DNA of 64,000 bases from an uncultured Candidatus Moduliflexus sp. (GCA_964602655.1 CAZRSF010000017.1:24116-88115), one strand, 5' to 3'. Shown: positions 8,857-18,978, counted from the stretch's first letter. Notes: generated by a model from the sequence alone, not told the origin. A program made the numbers and translations.

Positions 8857-10320
8857 TCATCTCAGCATTTTTTTGAGTTTGAACGTCAGCATGGCGATAA
8901 ACATGATCGCGTAACGCTGGAAATCGGCGAAGGATTTGATATTCTGCACGACGGTCGGGATTTTGCGCAGCAGCGAAAATTTCTTTTTGGCTCCGGCAAA
9001 ATGGAACATCAATTCGCTGATCTGCCACCAGGTCAATTTGTCCATGTAGAGCGGCACATGCCCTTGCGCGGCAGGCAGCAGCACGACGCGATGATCGTTC
9101 GGATTCGTCCACGAAAAATCTTCCGGGATTTTGCCTTCTTGCCGCGCCCGCTGTTCAAGCTCCGTGCCGGGATAGACATGGGCAATCGCGACGCTGATGT
9201 CGCAGCGGTTTTTCACCTGATCAATAATTGCTATCGTTTCCTGCGCCTCTGCCCACGTTTCGGTGGGATGGCTGAACATGAAAAACGGATTCGGTGTCAC
9301 GCCGTATTCCAGCGCCCAATCAATGAATTGGCGCGCCTGCTCCAATGTCGCCACTTTTTTCACAATTTCCTGCGCCACGCGGTGATTACCGGACTCGATG
9401 CCGAACCCGGCGTAAAACATCCCCGCCTGCGCCATTTTTTCCGTCAATTCCTTTGTCATCAAATCCACGCGGACTTCGCAATACCATTTGATGTCGAGTT
9501 TGCGTTCGATGATCAGGTTGCAGATTTCCGCCGCGCGTTTCGGGTTGTAATTGAAGGTGTCGTCATAAAACCAGATCACTTTTGCGCCGTAGCGATCCAT
9601 GACATGTTCGACTTCTTTCAGCACATTCTCCGGCGTCAGGCCGCGCACGCGCCGCCCCCAGTTGTTCGGCGTGGCGCAGAAGGTGCAGTGAAACGGGCAG
9701 CCCCGGCTCGTCATGATATTCGCCGCCGGTTGCAGCCCTTTGCCCGGCACGTCGAGCTTGAAATTGTATCTGTCGTAGGGAATCAAATGGCGGGCAGGCA
9801 TCGGCAGCGTGTTCAAGTCCGGGATGCGCTGGCGCGGGCTATTTTCGATGATCTGGCCGTTTTCGTAGAATGACAGGCCATCCACTTTGCGTAGCGACTC
9901 CCGCGCTTGCAACGCCTGCGCGAGTTCGACAATCGTGACTTCGCCTTCACCGCTGACGACGCCGTCCACGTAAGGCAAATGGCTCAACGTATCGCGCGCC
10001 GTGCCGGTGAAATGCGGGCCGCCCATCACGACAAACGCTTGCGGGCGGGCGCGTTTGGCGACTTGCGCCAAGCGAAAACTCTGAAACCGATTCTCCGTCG
10101 TCGTGGTAATGCCGATGATGTCGGGTTTGTCGGCCTCGAATTTCTTCGCCAACTCGTCCCACGTCAGGCGCAGCACGTCCGCCGGCACGACTTCCACGTC
10201 AATTTTCTGCTGCTCTAATGCCGCCGCGAGATATAACACGCCTAACGACGGCATGGTCGAGCCATGACTCCAACGCTCGGCGAAATAACCGCCGGGCGGC
10301 AGACATAACATCACTTTCAT
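8857..10320 (-). CDS. B12-binding-domain radical SAM protein (class B radical SAM family)
   Basis: The N-terminus is a cobalamin-binding Rossmann-like domain. The radical-SAM cysteine motif SRGCPFHCTFC is present, and a long C-terminal domain follows. Confidence 0.85.
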   Translation of the reverse strand: MKVMLCLPPGGYFAERWSHGSTMPSLGVLYLAAALEQQKIDVEVVPADVLRLTWDELAKKFEADKPDIIGITTTTENRFQSFRLAQVAKRARPQAFVVMGGPHFTGTARDTLSHLPYVDGVVSGEGEVTIVELAQALQARESLRKVDGLSFYENGQIIENSPRQRIPDLNTLPMPARHLIPYDRYNFKLDVPGKGLQPAANIMTSRGCPFHCTFCATPNNWGRRVRGLTPENVLKEVEHVMDRYGAKVIWFYDDTFNYNPKRAAEICNLIIERKLDIKWYCEVRVDLMTKELTEKMAQAGMFYAGFGIESGNHRVAQEIVKKVATLEQARQFIDWALEYGVTPNPFFMFSHPTETWAEAQETIAIIDQVKNRCDISVAIAHVYPGTELEQRARQEGKIPEDFSWTNPNDHRVVLLPAAQGHVPLYMDKLTWWQISELMFHFAGAKKKFSLLRKIPTVVQNIKSFADFQRYAIMFIAMLTFKLKKMLR

Positions 10321-10684
10321 ACGCTTGCTCCTATTTTTCGAAATATTATGCGCAGGGGCGCGGTCTCCGCGCCCAATAAGACCATCCCAGCCATAAATGG
10401 CCGGTCTGAAAGCTGAAGCAGGCTAAAGCCCGCTGACAGGGCGCTTATGAAGATTAATATCGTGTCGCCCAGAGACCTCACAGGTTTTAAAAACCTGTGA
10501 GGTCTGATTAAAAATCAATGCTCGCATCTATAACAGCCCTGGGCGCGGAGACCGCGCCCCTACGCATTAGGTTCATGTTTTGAATTGTGATACCAGATGA
10601 TGAAAATGATGTCTGCTGTCAAGGTTTTCTCGGAAGGAAAGCGCTGTATTAATTGAAACGACTGTTCTATCAATTGAACCACAG

Positions 10685-10725
10685 CGTAGGGGCGTTCAGT
10701 AGGGGCGTTCAATTGAACGCCCCTA
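10685..10725. repeat. REP-like palindrome, family 4 (GTAGGGGCGTTCA-ATTGAACGCCCCTAC), 1.5 tandem copies; other copies at ~11589-11616, ~31998-32024, ~50058-50083 and ~51291-51338
   Basis: The inverted repeat overlaps the CHAD stop codon. A second copy lies between the CHAD start and the ppk1 stop. The copy at 51291-51338 has 24-bp perfect arms and bridges the mreB and DHH stop codons. Confidence 0.75.
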
Positions 10726-11565
10726 CGCTTGCGACGCCGCCGAAAACTCCGCCCAACACGCCTGAAATTCGCGGAAATAGGTTTCTTTTTCATCGCGGAT
10801 TTTCAGGAACAGCATATCGTAGGCGCGTTCATCCGTCAAGGCGGAAGCGTTGGCGTGAGTCTCATGAAAATCGTTGAGATGTTCTTTCGCCACATCGCCG
10901 TCATGCCAGTGGCCGAGCGCCTGATAAATGCCGCGCAACATGCCGTCTAATTCCGCGCTGTATTCGATTCCGGGAAAACAGCGTGTGGCAATCTCAAGCG
11001 TGTAGCGCGTTTCTTTGGCTAAAATGCGGAGCGGATGCAGAGAACTCTCTTTCAGGTCGCGCTGTTCGTATTCATGCAATTCTTGACGTTGAGCATCGAG
11101 GCGGTCGCGCATGTTTCGAGCGGCGTCCTCTTCTCTCAGCGGCGCAAGCGCTCGAATCAGTCGTTCGCCGTTGCGATGAAGCTCCTCTTCGAGATCGAAA
11201 TGCGCGGCAAACGCGGCAAACGATGCGCCAGCGCGGAGTTCTTTCCGTTTTAGCTCGTTATAATATTCGCTCAGAAAGACGCCCATCTCTTTCGCCCAGG
11301 CGCGGGTGAGTTCCTGCTGCACCTGCGCGTCGCGCAAATCGCCGCTGACTTTGAACAGTTTGCGAATCGGGCGCAGATATTTTTTCGACGGAAACGCCTC
11401 TGGCGCAAGGCTTTCGACTAAACGGAAGCACGCGCGGAGTTGTTTGATGCCGACGCGCATGTCATGCAGCGCATCCGGGTCGCGATAAGCCGCGGCGCGT
11501 TCAAAATTCGCCTGAATGCTTGCGGCGAGCGTCTGATAATATTCGAAAAAACATTGTTGAAACAT
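10723..11565 (-). CDS. CHAD-domain protein (polyphosphate-granule associated)
   Basis: The protein is all-helical with conserved His/Arg-rich CHAD motifs (ALHDMRVGIKQLRACFRL…LRDAQV). It sits next to ppk1. Confidence 0.75.
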   Translation of the reverse strand: MFQQCFFEYYQTLAASIQANFERAAAYRDPDALHDMRVGIKQLRACFRLVESLAPEAFPSKKYLRPIRKLFKVSGDLRDAQVQQELTRAWAKEMGVFLSEYYNELKRKELRAGASFAAFAAHFDLEEELHRNGERLIRALAPLREEDAARNMRDRLDAQRQELHEYEQRDLKESSLHPLRILAKETRYTLEIATRCFPGIEYSAELDGMLRGIYQALGHWHDGDVAKEHLNDFHETHANASALTDERAYDMLFLKIRDEKETYFREFQACWAEFSAASQA

Positions 11566-11637
11566 AGTGGAATTGAGGCATATCCAACGTAGGGGCGTTC
11601 AATTGAACGCCCCTACCGTTTTGTCATGATTATAGTA

Positions 11638-13791
11638 TTATTCAGTCGGCAGTTGCCGTTGCAAATAGGCGTAAATCGCCTCTTGCGAGCGCAACGGCTC
11701 GGCGTCGGGGATGCGGCGGTATTGGTTATCCAGCGCCTCTGTGATCATCCGCGCTTTGACGTTATCCTGCCACTGCAAATCAAAATAGGTGCGCAATTCT
11801 TTTTGCAACGCTTCATCGTAAATCGGACAGGCGACTTCGACGCGCGTATCGAGATTTCGGGTCATCCAATCGGCAGACGCGATATAATATTTTTCCCGTC
11901 CGCCGTGACAGAAAATGAAAATGCGCGAATGCTCCAAAAATTTATCCACAATGCTGATAATTTCGATATTCTCGCTGATTCCCGGCACACCCGGCACAAG
12001 CGAACAAATGCCGCGTACGATCAGGCGGATTTTTACCCCGGCGCGGCTCGCGTCATAGAGCGCCTCAATCATTCCGGGATCGGCGAGGCTGTTGAGTTTG
12101 ACGTAAATATACGCCTTCTTCCCGGCGGCGGCATGACGGATTTCAGACCGGATCAGTTCGTTCCAGCGGTCGCGCATAAAAAACGGAGACACGAGCAGAT
12201 GTTTGTAGGTCGTCAATTTATAATTGGTTTTCAGGAAATCGAATAACGCTTTCACCTCGTTCGTCAGGCGTTTATCGGCGGTCAGCAGCGTATGGTCGCA
12301 ATAGAGGCGGGCGGTGTCTTCGTTGAAATTGCCGGTGCCGATGGCGGCGTACCGTATCCGCTTGCCGCGTTCCAGGCGGGTAATCAGGCAGAGTTTGCAA
12401 TGGACTTTCAACTCCGGGATGCCGTATAAGACCCGCGCTCCTTCCTCGATCAATTGATTCGCCCAGTAAATATTGGCTTCTTCGTCGAACCGCGCCCGGA
12501 ACTCAAATAACACGGTCACCTGTTTGCCGTTGCGCACGGCATGACTCAGCGCGTTGACGATTTTCGAGAGTTCCGCCACCCGGTACAGCGTCATCCGAAT
12601 CGTCGTGACGTTCGGGTCTATCGCCGCTTCCCTGAGCAGATCGACCATGTAATCGAACGATTGATACGGGTAATGCAGCAGAATATCCCGCGCGCGAATC
12701 GTCTCGAACAGGCTTGTTCCCGCCTGAATGTCTTTATGCGGCAGCGGTTTGATCGGCGGGTATTGCAGCGCAGTCGGCGCGAGTTTCGGAAATTTCATAA
12801 AATCTTTGAAATTGAGATGACGCCGTTCCGGCAGCAGCGTGTCATGTCCGCTGAGATTCAAGCGCTTCGCGAGGAATTTTAAGAATTTGTCTGACATCCT
12901 CCAGTCGTATGTCAAACGGACTGGTTTGCCTTTGGGTCGCATTTTGAGACTTTTGGAAATTTTTTCGACAAAGCTCTGGGTCACATCGTCTTCAATATCT
13001 AACTCGGCGTCTTTGGTCACTTTAATCGGGAATGCTTCCACGACATTCCAACCCGAAATCGCGAAGAGTTCCGGCAACCCGAAGTTGACCAATTCTTCCA
13101 GCAGCATCACGGTCGTATCGCCATTATGGACAGGCAGCGTGATAAATCGAGACATCTCGTCGGTAGGAACTTCGACGATTGCATATTCCGACGCCGGCTT
13201 GCGTCTTGAGCCTTTCTGCTTGGCGTGCAAATGGACGGCAAGATAGATCGCCTGTTCTTGCAGCACCGGAAATTTCGGAAGTTGGCTCGCCATCATCGGC
13301 ACAATCGCGGGACGGACTTTTTCGGTGAAATACGACCGGAGAAATGCTTCTTGCTCAGGCGTCAACTCGTCGCGCGTCACGATAGAAATATCCTGGGCGC
13401 GCAGCGCGTCCAAAATGGTCTGATAATACTCTTCGAACTGAGACTGCTGATTTGTCACAATATGCTGAATTTCGTTCAGCGTTTCGTGTGGGTGTTTTTC
13501 TTCAGTTCGAAGTTTTGGATCAAGGCGTAACGACCGTTTCAGCGTCGCAACGCGCACCCGGAAAAATTCATCTAAATTCGATGAAAAAATCGCTAAAAAT
13601 TTGACCCGTTCCATGAGCGGCACGGTCGGATCGTTCGCTTCCTGCAACACTCTGGCGTTAAAACTCAACCAACTGATTTCGCGGTTAATGAGAGGAATTT
13701 CTTGTTTTTGGGCACTCATGATTGTCTTTCGGAAACCTTGAATGAATTCCTGCCGCCCTGCCAGGATTCGAATACCGTAGCAGGGCTGCAA
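11638..13791 (-). CDS. ppk: Polyphosphate kinase 1
   Basis: The protein is 717 aa with PPK1 N-terminal and catalytic motifs (…EISWLSFNARVLQEA…RVKFLAIFSSNLDEFF…) and tandem PLD-like C-terminal domains. Confidence 0.95.
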   Translation of the reverse strand: MQPCYGIRILAGRQEFIQGFRKTIMSAQKQEIPLINREISWLSFNARVLQEANDPTVPLMERVKFLAIFSSNLDEFFRVRVATLKRSLRLDPKLRTEEKHPHETLNEIQHIVTNQQSQFEEYYQTILDALRAQDISIVTRDELTPEQEAFLRSYFTEKVRPAIVPMMASQLPKFPVLQEQAIYLAVHLHAKQKGSRRKPASEYAIVEVPTDEMSRFITLPVHNGDTTVMLLEELVNFGLPELFAISGWNVVEAFPIKVTKDAELDIEDDVTQSFVEKISKSLKMRPKGKPVRLTYDWRMSDKFLKFLAKRLNLSGHDTLLPERRHLNFKDFMKFPKLAPTALQYPPIKPLPHKDIQAGTSLFETIRARDILLHYPYQSFDYMVDLLREAAIDPNVTTIRMTLYRVAELSKIVNALSHAVRNGKQVTVLFEFRARFDEEANIYWANQLIEEGARVLYGIPELKVHCKLCLITRLERGKRIRYAAIGTGNFNEDTARLYCDHTLLTADKRLTNEVKALFDFLKTNYKLTTYKHLLVSPFFMRDRWNELIRSEIRHAAAGKKAYIYVKLNSLADPGMIEALYDASRAGVKIRLIVRGICSLVPGVPGISENIEIISIVDKFLEHSRIFIFCHGGREKYYIASADWMTRNLDTRVEVACPIYDEALQKELRTYFDLQWQDNVKARMITEALDNQYRRIPDAEPLRSQEAIYAYLQRQLPTE

Positions 13792-13800
13792 TCGAATTTT

Positions 13801-14673
13801 TCAGTCTGCGCTCTCCTCCGAATCTGTCGCTGTCTGCTGCGACGGCTTCGCCGCGCACTTCGGCGTTTTGACCTTTGGCGATTTCGCCTTCGGGCGTTCG
13901 ATTTCTCCGGTCACTTGCGACGCGGCAGGCTCGTCATGCTTGATGGCGTCGTCTTGTCGCAGCCTGTCGATCCGTTTCAATTCATTGATTCCGGCCAACG
14001 CCTCGACTTTCGAGGACTGCAAAACACGCGTCAGTTCTTTGGCGAGCTTTTTGCTGGTTTTTTTCAGCACTTTTTGCACATGCTGGGACACGCCGGAGTC
14101 AATTCCTTCCATAATCGAAGCGACCGAGATGGAAATCTCTTCGGAGATCGCCTTTTTTACTTTTTTATAGACTTTGGGCGTGGCGTGTACCGGAAAATCG
14201 AACAGCAGCAGGATGCCGGTCTGTTCGCCGAGCGCTTGCCAACTTGCGGTCTCGAATCCGATCCCGACGACGCCGGTCGTGCGCATCTCAAGCCCTTCCG
14301 TCTCGCTCAGCAGCAAGGCAGCGAGGTTTGACAGCGCGGGTTCATGGCCGAAGAGCATCGCAACGTCATCGCTGTCGTCAAGCTGCGTGAGCAGATGCCG
14401 AATCTCCGCCGCGCCCCCGCCGTAAATTTCTTCTTTCAGCAAAATGTTCCGCACAGGATAGTCGAATTCCGTCGCAAAAATATGCGCGGTTTCAAGGGCG
14501 CGATCCGCGGGACTTGAAATCAAAATATTCGGTGCAATCCTTTTTTTCCCCAGCCGTTTGCTCATGGTTTTCGCGTCGTCAACTCCGCGCTTCGTGAGTG
14601 CGCGTTTGAAATCATTGACGCCGGATTCGCTGGAAATCGCTTTGCTGTGCCTGACAAGATAAAGTGTTTTCAT
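13801..14673 (-). CDS. Histidine-phosphatase-family protein (SixA-like phosphohistidine phosphatase) with an acidic/lysine-rich C-terminal tail
   Basis: The RHG motif is present (LYLVRHSKA). The chosen ATG at 14673 lies 5 nt after the PPK2 stop, which suggests translational coupling. The longer ORF reading up to 14850 would overlap PPK2. Confidence 0.65.
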   Translation of the reverse strand: MKTLYLVRHSKAISSESGVNDFKRALTKRGVDDAKTMSKRLGKKRIAPNILISSPADRALETAHIFATEFDYPVRNILLKEEIYGGGAAEIRHLLTQLDDSDDVAMLFGHEPALSNLAALLLSETEGLEMRTTGVVGIGFETASWQALGEQTGILLLFDFPVHATPKVYKKVKKAISEEISISVASIMEGIDSGVSQHVQKVLKKTSKKLAKELTRVLQSSKVEALAGINELKRIDRLRQDDAIKHDEPAASQVTGEIERPKAKSPKVKTPKCAAKPSQQTATDSEESAD

Positions 14674-14678
14674 AGTTG

Positions 14679-16196
14679 TTACCGTAATTTCCCTTCGATT
14701 GCGTGAATCACTGTTTTTAAGGTTTTGATGCGAGCGTAGTATTTCGAATTCGCTTCCACAATCGTCCAGGGCGCGTACGCCGTGCTGGTGCGGAAGAGCA
14801 TTTCGTCCACCGCCGCCTCGTACACGTCCCATTTCTCGCGATTGCGCCAATCTTCTTCCGTAATTTTCCAGGTTTTATTGTCATCGCGCTGCCGATCTTC
14901 GAAGCGTCGCAACTGTTCTGCCTGGTCTATATGCAGCCAGAATTTCACAATCGCCGCGCCAAAGTTGGCGATATGTTCTTCCATTTCATTGATTTCTTGA
15001 TATGCCCGCCGCCACGCCTCTTCTTTGCAGAAGCCCTCAATGCGTTCGACCAGGACGCGCCCGTACCAGGTGCGGTCGAAAATGGTGAGATGTCCGGCTT
15101 TCGGGAACGCTGTCCAGAAACGCCAGAGGTAATGATGCGCCTTTTCGATGTCATTGGGCGCAGCCACTGGAATCACTTCATAACCGCGCGGATCCATGCT
15201 CTGCGTCAGCCGTCGGATATTGCCCCCTTTGCCTGCCGCGTCCCAGCCTTCATACAAAATAATGACCGGAATGCGCTTGCGATAAATCTCGTGTTCCAAC
15301 TCGAACATTCGTTTCTGACAGGTTTTCAGTTCGTTTTCATATTCTTCCGGCGATAAGGTCGCCGAGAGATCGACTTTTTTCAAGATTGACGCGCCGAGCG
15401 TGCTGAATGCGTCTGGCGCGGGCGGCGTCCCCGCTGGCGCTGCGGCGTCGTTGACGACGACTGTCGCGGCCTGCCGCAGCAAATTGATCTGCCGGATTTT
15501 AGCGTCAATGCTATCAATGGCGGTTTTAAACACCTTCACCGTCGCAAAGTGTTTGTCGTGCGCTTCAATGACCGTCCAGGGCGCGAAGCTGGTGTCCGTT
15601 TTCGCCAGCATCTCCTCGACCGCGTCGAGATAGGCCGCATATTGTTCATGATGCCGCCAGTCTTCTTTCGTGACTTTCCACGACGTTGTCGGTGATTTCT
15701 CAAGCTTTTCGAAGCGTTTGCGCTGCGTCTCCTTGCTGATGTGCAGGAAGAATTTGATGATGAGCGCCCCCTCGTTGGTCAATTGCCGCTCGAACGAGGC
15801 AATTTCCTGATACGAACGCAGCCATTCCGGTTTTTTGACGAGTTTGTCGATCCGTTCCACTAATACGCGCCCGTACCAACTGCGGTCGAACACGGCGATG
15901 CGGCCTTTAGCCGGGGTTTTGATCCAGAAGCGCCAGAGAAATGGGCGTAAGCGTTCTTCTTCGTTCGGCGCGTTAATCGGAAGCACGACAAATCCGCGCG
16001 GATCGAGCGTCTGAATCAGGCGATTGATCATCGTGCCTTTGCCTGCCGCGTCCCAGCCTTCGAAGACGAGAATAATCGGAAGATTCAAGGCGCGAGCTTC
16101 CCGCTGCAACAGACCCAATCGTAGTTCCAAATCCGGCATAATGGTTTTGTATTGGTCTTTCTCAAGCGATTTAGCAAGATCGATCTGATCTAACAT
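14679..16196 (-). CDS. ppk2: Two-domain polyphosphate kinase 2 (PPK2 family, polyP:AMP/ADP phosphotransferase-like)
   Basis: Two tandem PPK2 domains are present. Each has a Walker-A-like EGWDAAGKG motif and a lid region. Confidence 0.9.
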   Translation of the reverse strand: MLDQIDLAKSLEKDQYKTIMPDLELRLGLLQREARALNLPIILVFEGWDAAGKGTMINRLIQTLDPRGFVVLPINAPNEEERLRPFLWRFWIKTPAKGRIAVFDRSWYGRVLVERIDKLVKKPEWLRSYQEIASFERQLTNEGALIIKFFLHISKETQRKRFEKLEKSPTTSWKVTKEDWRHHEQYAAYLDAVEEMLAKTDTSFAPWTVIEAHDKHFATVKVFKTAIDSIDAKIRQINLLRQAATVVVNDAAAPAGTPPAPDAFSTLGASILKKVDLSATLSPEEYENELKTCQKRMFELEHEIYRKRIPVIILYEGWDAAGKGGNIRRLTQSMDPRGYEVIPVAAPNDIEKAHHYLWRFWTAFPKAGHLTIFDRTWYGRVLVERIEGFCKEEAWRRAYQEINEMEEHIANFGAAIVKFWLHIDQAEQLRRFEDRQRDDNKTWKITEEDWRNREKWDVYEAAVDEMLFRTSTAYAPWTIVEANSKYYARIKTLKTVIHAIEGKLR

Positions 16197-16713
16197 AATA
16201 TGTCTCCCTTTTATTTGTTAAGATTGTGTGAGCGCAGCGTTAAATTTCGATAAAGGGCAGGTAGGCGCGATGTCTTCTCGTTCATAGCAACACTCGCAAT
16301 TATTTCCGTATCGCGAACGAGGACGTTCGCAGTACGGAGGGCTGAAGAGTTACCAAAAATCTTAATGGAATCGCCTCATGTTTGTCAAATGAAAAGTAGT
16401 CAAAAATCATCTCCTGATGATTCATCGTACTATTTAATGCAAATCTGTCATAAAGCCAACGAATGAATACGGAAATGTCTAAAAAATACCGATTGCATTT
16501 GAACCCATTATGTATGATTTATATGTCGAAACGCAGTGTTGTTGTACAGCATGACACTAAAAACATGTAAGGAGAAATTGGAGGAGGACACTTGCGTGAG
16601 CGGGACATGAAAGGAGAATGCTGAAAAAGAGGAAACCATACTTCTTGCCGAAGATAGAACGCCCCGGCCTTACGAAAAATTCGTTCAACCGAGGCGTGGG
16701 TGATGCGCTGAAT

Positions 16714-16914
16714 TCATGCGACTCTCAAGCTTTTTACGGCATTCACAAGCGAAATCACGGCGCTTGCAATTCCTAAAAGCGTCATCGTCGAAGTGTCCGG
16801 CACCGGACTGATTTGATGTGGATTGATGATGTATGTGAGCGTCCCGACAATAAAATTTGCCAGGCAGAACAGATACATAAATGAAGCGAATGCATGTTTC
16901 ACCAGGCTTTGCAT
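16714..16914 (-). CDS. Small hydrophobic protein (2 predicted TM helices), hypothetical
   Basis: The RBS AAGGAGAG lies 8 nt upstream of the ATG at 16914. The protein is 66 aa and sits inside an AT-rich gene-poor region. Confidence 0.35.
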   Translation of the reverse strand: MQSLVKHAFASFMYLFCLANFIVGTLTYIINPHQISPVPDTSTMTLLGIASAVISLVNAVKSLRVA

Positions 16915-17496
16915 AGAAACGCTCTCCTTTATTTATCGTATGTGCCGAAAGGCAATTGTTGCTATATTAACGTATTTTTCGTACTCGACACTGTTTGTTA
17001 TAGCACATTTCATGCCAATTATAGCGCTCTTCATAAGTAAGCATTGGGCACTCCTGCGGCGCTGCCGTAAATGTTCGTTCCATGTTGTTGCAGAAGATAC
17101 GAGGCGGGGGAGAGGGCGGTAACCTTCAGGATTCGGTAAAATAAATATGATGATTTCATATAGGTCAGAAAATTTTCATGCGGTTCGTGATTTCTGGTTT
17201 ATTCAGTTTATTTTTTCACAAGCTACGCGATTCAGAGATAATCATGTGAATAATGTTTCGTAATTGGCATGGTGGATAAAATAGACGCCATGTTGTTGAG
17301 TAGATGAGCAAGATGAACATGTATCGAAGTCAACATAACGCAGACGCGTAAAATGCGTGGAGCACGCTTTTGAGAGCATGTGCCGCCAGAATGCCTTATA
17401 GTAGCGAAATAGCGATTTCCCCCTCCCGGCAGATTTCAAGTTCACATAATCCACATTAGCGGACGTTGAGCGATACATAAGAAAGACTTGCCCCTT

Positions 17497-17703
17497 TTAT
17501 ACAGCACTATACGCCTGTTTCAATTTAAAAAAGTTCACCATAATTACGCGCAACAATCGTTTACAACAAATCGCTGTCAAAAAGACTATCAGCGTAGCAA
17601 GCAGATTGCCGCGTTTCGAAAGATTCGTTTCCAGTTTCTCCGTGATGACGGTAATGGCAGAGTCGAACTCGTCGCGTTCAGCCTTGCTTTTCAATGGAGT
17701 CAT
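17497..17703 (-). CDS. Small protein with a C-terminal TM helix, hypothetical
   Basis: The ATG at 17703 lies immediately downstream of a perfect 12-3-12 palindrome. The protein is 68 aa. The RBS is weak, so this call is speculative. Confidence 0.25.
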   Translation of the reverse strand: MTPLKSKAERDEFDSAITVITEKLETNLSKRGNLLATLIVFLTAICCKRLLRVIMVNFFKLKQAYSAV

Positions 17704-17710
17704 TCCGCGT

Positions 17711-17737
17711 GTATCCTGGATAGAGTATCCAGGATAC
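17711..17737. promoter_or_regulatory. Perfect palindrome GTATCCTGGATA-GAG-TATCCAGGATAC, operator-like
   Basis: The palindrome has 12-bp perfect arms, sits in an AT-rich intergenic region and abuts a small ORF start. Confidence 0.4.
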
Positions 17738-18099
17738 ACCCCCGGTGTTGGCCTATTTGTGAAATAATTGCTATGTCGTCATTGTGATTCACGATGTTTC
17801 TCCTTTATTAAAATGAATTAGTTCACATGGTCTCTCTCTCGCTCTGCTCCAAAGATGCCTGGGTCAGACATTCTCGGCGATAATACGGTAAGAATGGGGA
17901 ATGCGCGGCTTCTTGTTCTCCCCATTCTTGCCATTTACGAGATGAATAGCCACCTCTCCCCCGTTTCGTCCATCTTCCGTTTTCTCTTTGTGAAATATTT
18001 TTTATTTTATCATTTCTATTGACACAATCGGCGTGACTTTTGAGATTGATTGCAAAAGCAACCTTCTGCACTCTTCAACACATTTCATCGGAGGCGCGT

Positions 18100-18978
18100 A
18101 TGAAACGCTATGTATTTGTTTCACTGTTCCTGATGTCTGTTTTCGGAAGTTCGACGGCTCTCTCCCATACGATTTACACAAAAGACGGCAGAACCATCTC
18201 TTCGCCGGATGTGTGGGAAGACGTTCAAGGGTATTATATTGATGACGTGTCGTTGTATGCGTATAAAACGGCGGGTATGTCCGATGGGCTTGTGAATAAA
18301 CTAACCGAGCTTCAGTTTCAGATTGCGCGTACCAAAGAGCAGCTTTTACACCGCATCGGTTCTGCCATCGGCGCGGCGAATGTCCGCAAATTCCAGCCGA
18401 CCATCGAAAAATATATCGAAGAAAAAGTCGTGATCTCGTATGAAAAAGGAGGCAATACGCTCAGTCTCGAAAAGGATGAAGTCGAAAAAATCGTGTATGA
18501 AACGCCGCCGCCGCCTTTGAAAATGGATTTGATTGACTCCGATGACGCAGAAACGCGGCAGGCGATTGCCGCCGAGGAAGAACGCCTGTACGAGCAGCTA
18601 CGCGAGGCGCGCGATTCGAAAAATACCCTGCCCGCCGGAGACCCTGGAAAGCGGATGCATGAAGAAACCGCGCAGAAGATTCAATCGAAAATCAATGAAC
18701 TGAAACGAAATCCGATTGGCTATTTTTTGCGCTATCATCCGAAAAGCGTCACGCTCTCCGCGCCGATGACGCCTGACGAATGCGCCAAACTCTGTGGCGG
18801 AGCGCCATCGAAAGTGGATAAACCGACGATTGCGAATACCTCGGAAGAAATGACGATCTACAAACGCTGCGTCGCCCGCTGTACGAATCCGCAGCAAGCG
18901 CTTGACGAAGAGAAGGACTCCTTGAAACGAAAAACAGATGACACTGAAGAAAATAGTGAGGAGGGGCAAGAAGATTAA
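18100..18978 (+). CDS. Secreted coiled-coil protein with a Cys-rich C-terminus, hypothetical
   Basis: The RBS GGAGG precedes the ATG at 18100. The protein has a signal peptide (MKRYVFVSLFLMSVFGSSTA). Confidence 0.55.
   Translation: MKRYVFVSLFLMSVFGSSTALSHTIYTKDGRTISSPDVWEDVQGYYIDDVSLYAYKTAGMSDGLVNKLTELQFQIARTKEQLLHRIGSAIGAANVRKFQPTIEKYIEEKVVISYEKGGNTLSLEKDEVEKIVYETPPPPLKMDLIDSDDAETRQAIAAEEERLYEQLREARDSKNTLPAGDPGKRMHEETAQKIQSKINELKRNPIGYFLRYHPKSVTLSAPMTPDECAKLCGGAPSKVDKPTIANTSEEMTIYKRCVARCTNPQQALDEEKDSLKRKTDDTEENSEEGQED

Noticed and set aside
9001-10218. Plus-strand ORFs (290 aa, 103 aa) inside the radical SAM gene
   Set aside because: These are Arg/His-rich antisense frames of a well-supported minus-strand gene.
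14673-14850. N-terminal 59-aa extension of the SixA-like ORF overlapping the PPK2 3' end
   Set aside because: The internal ATG at 14673 lies 5 nt after the PPK2 stop and begins the conserved RHG motif, so the extension is unlikely to be translated.
16400-16520. CTGTCATAAAG motif resembling half a Pho box upstream of the PPK2 gene
   Set aside because: Only one half-site is present, and its orientation and distance to the ppk2 start do not fit a PhoB-type promoter.
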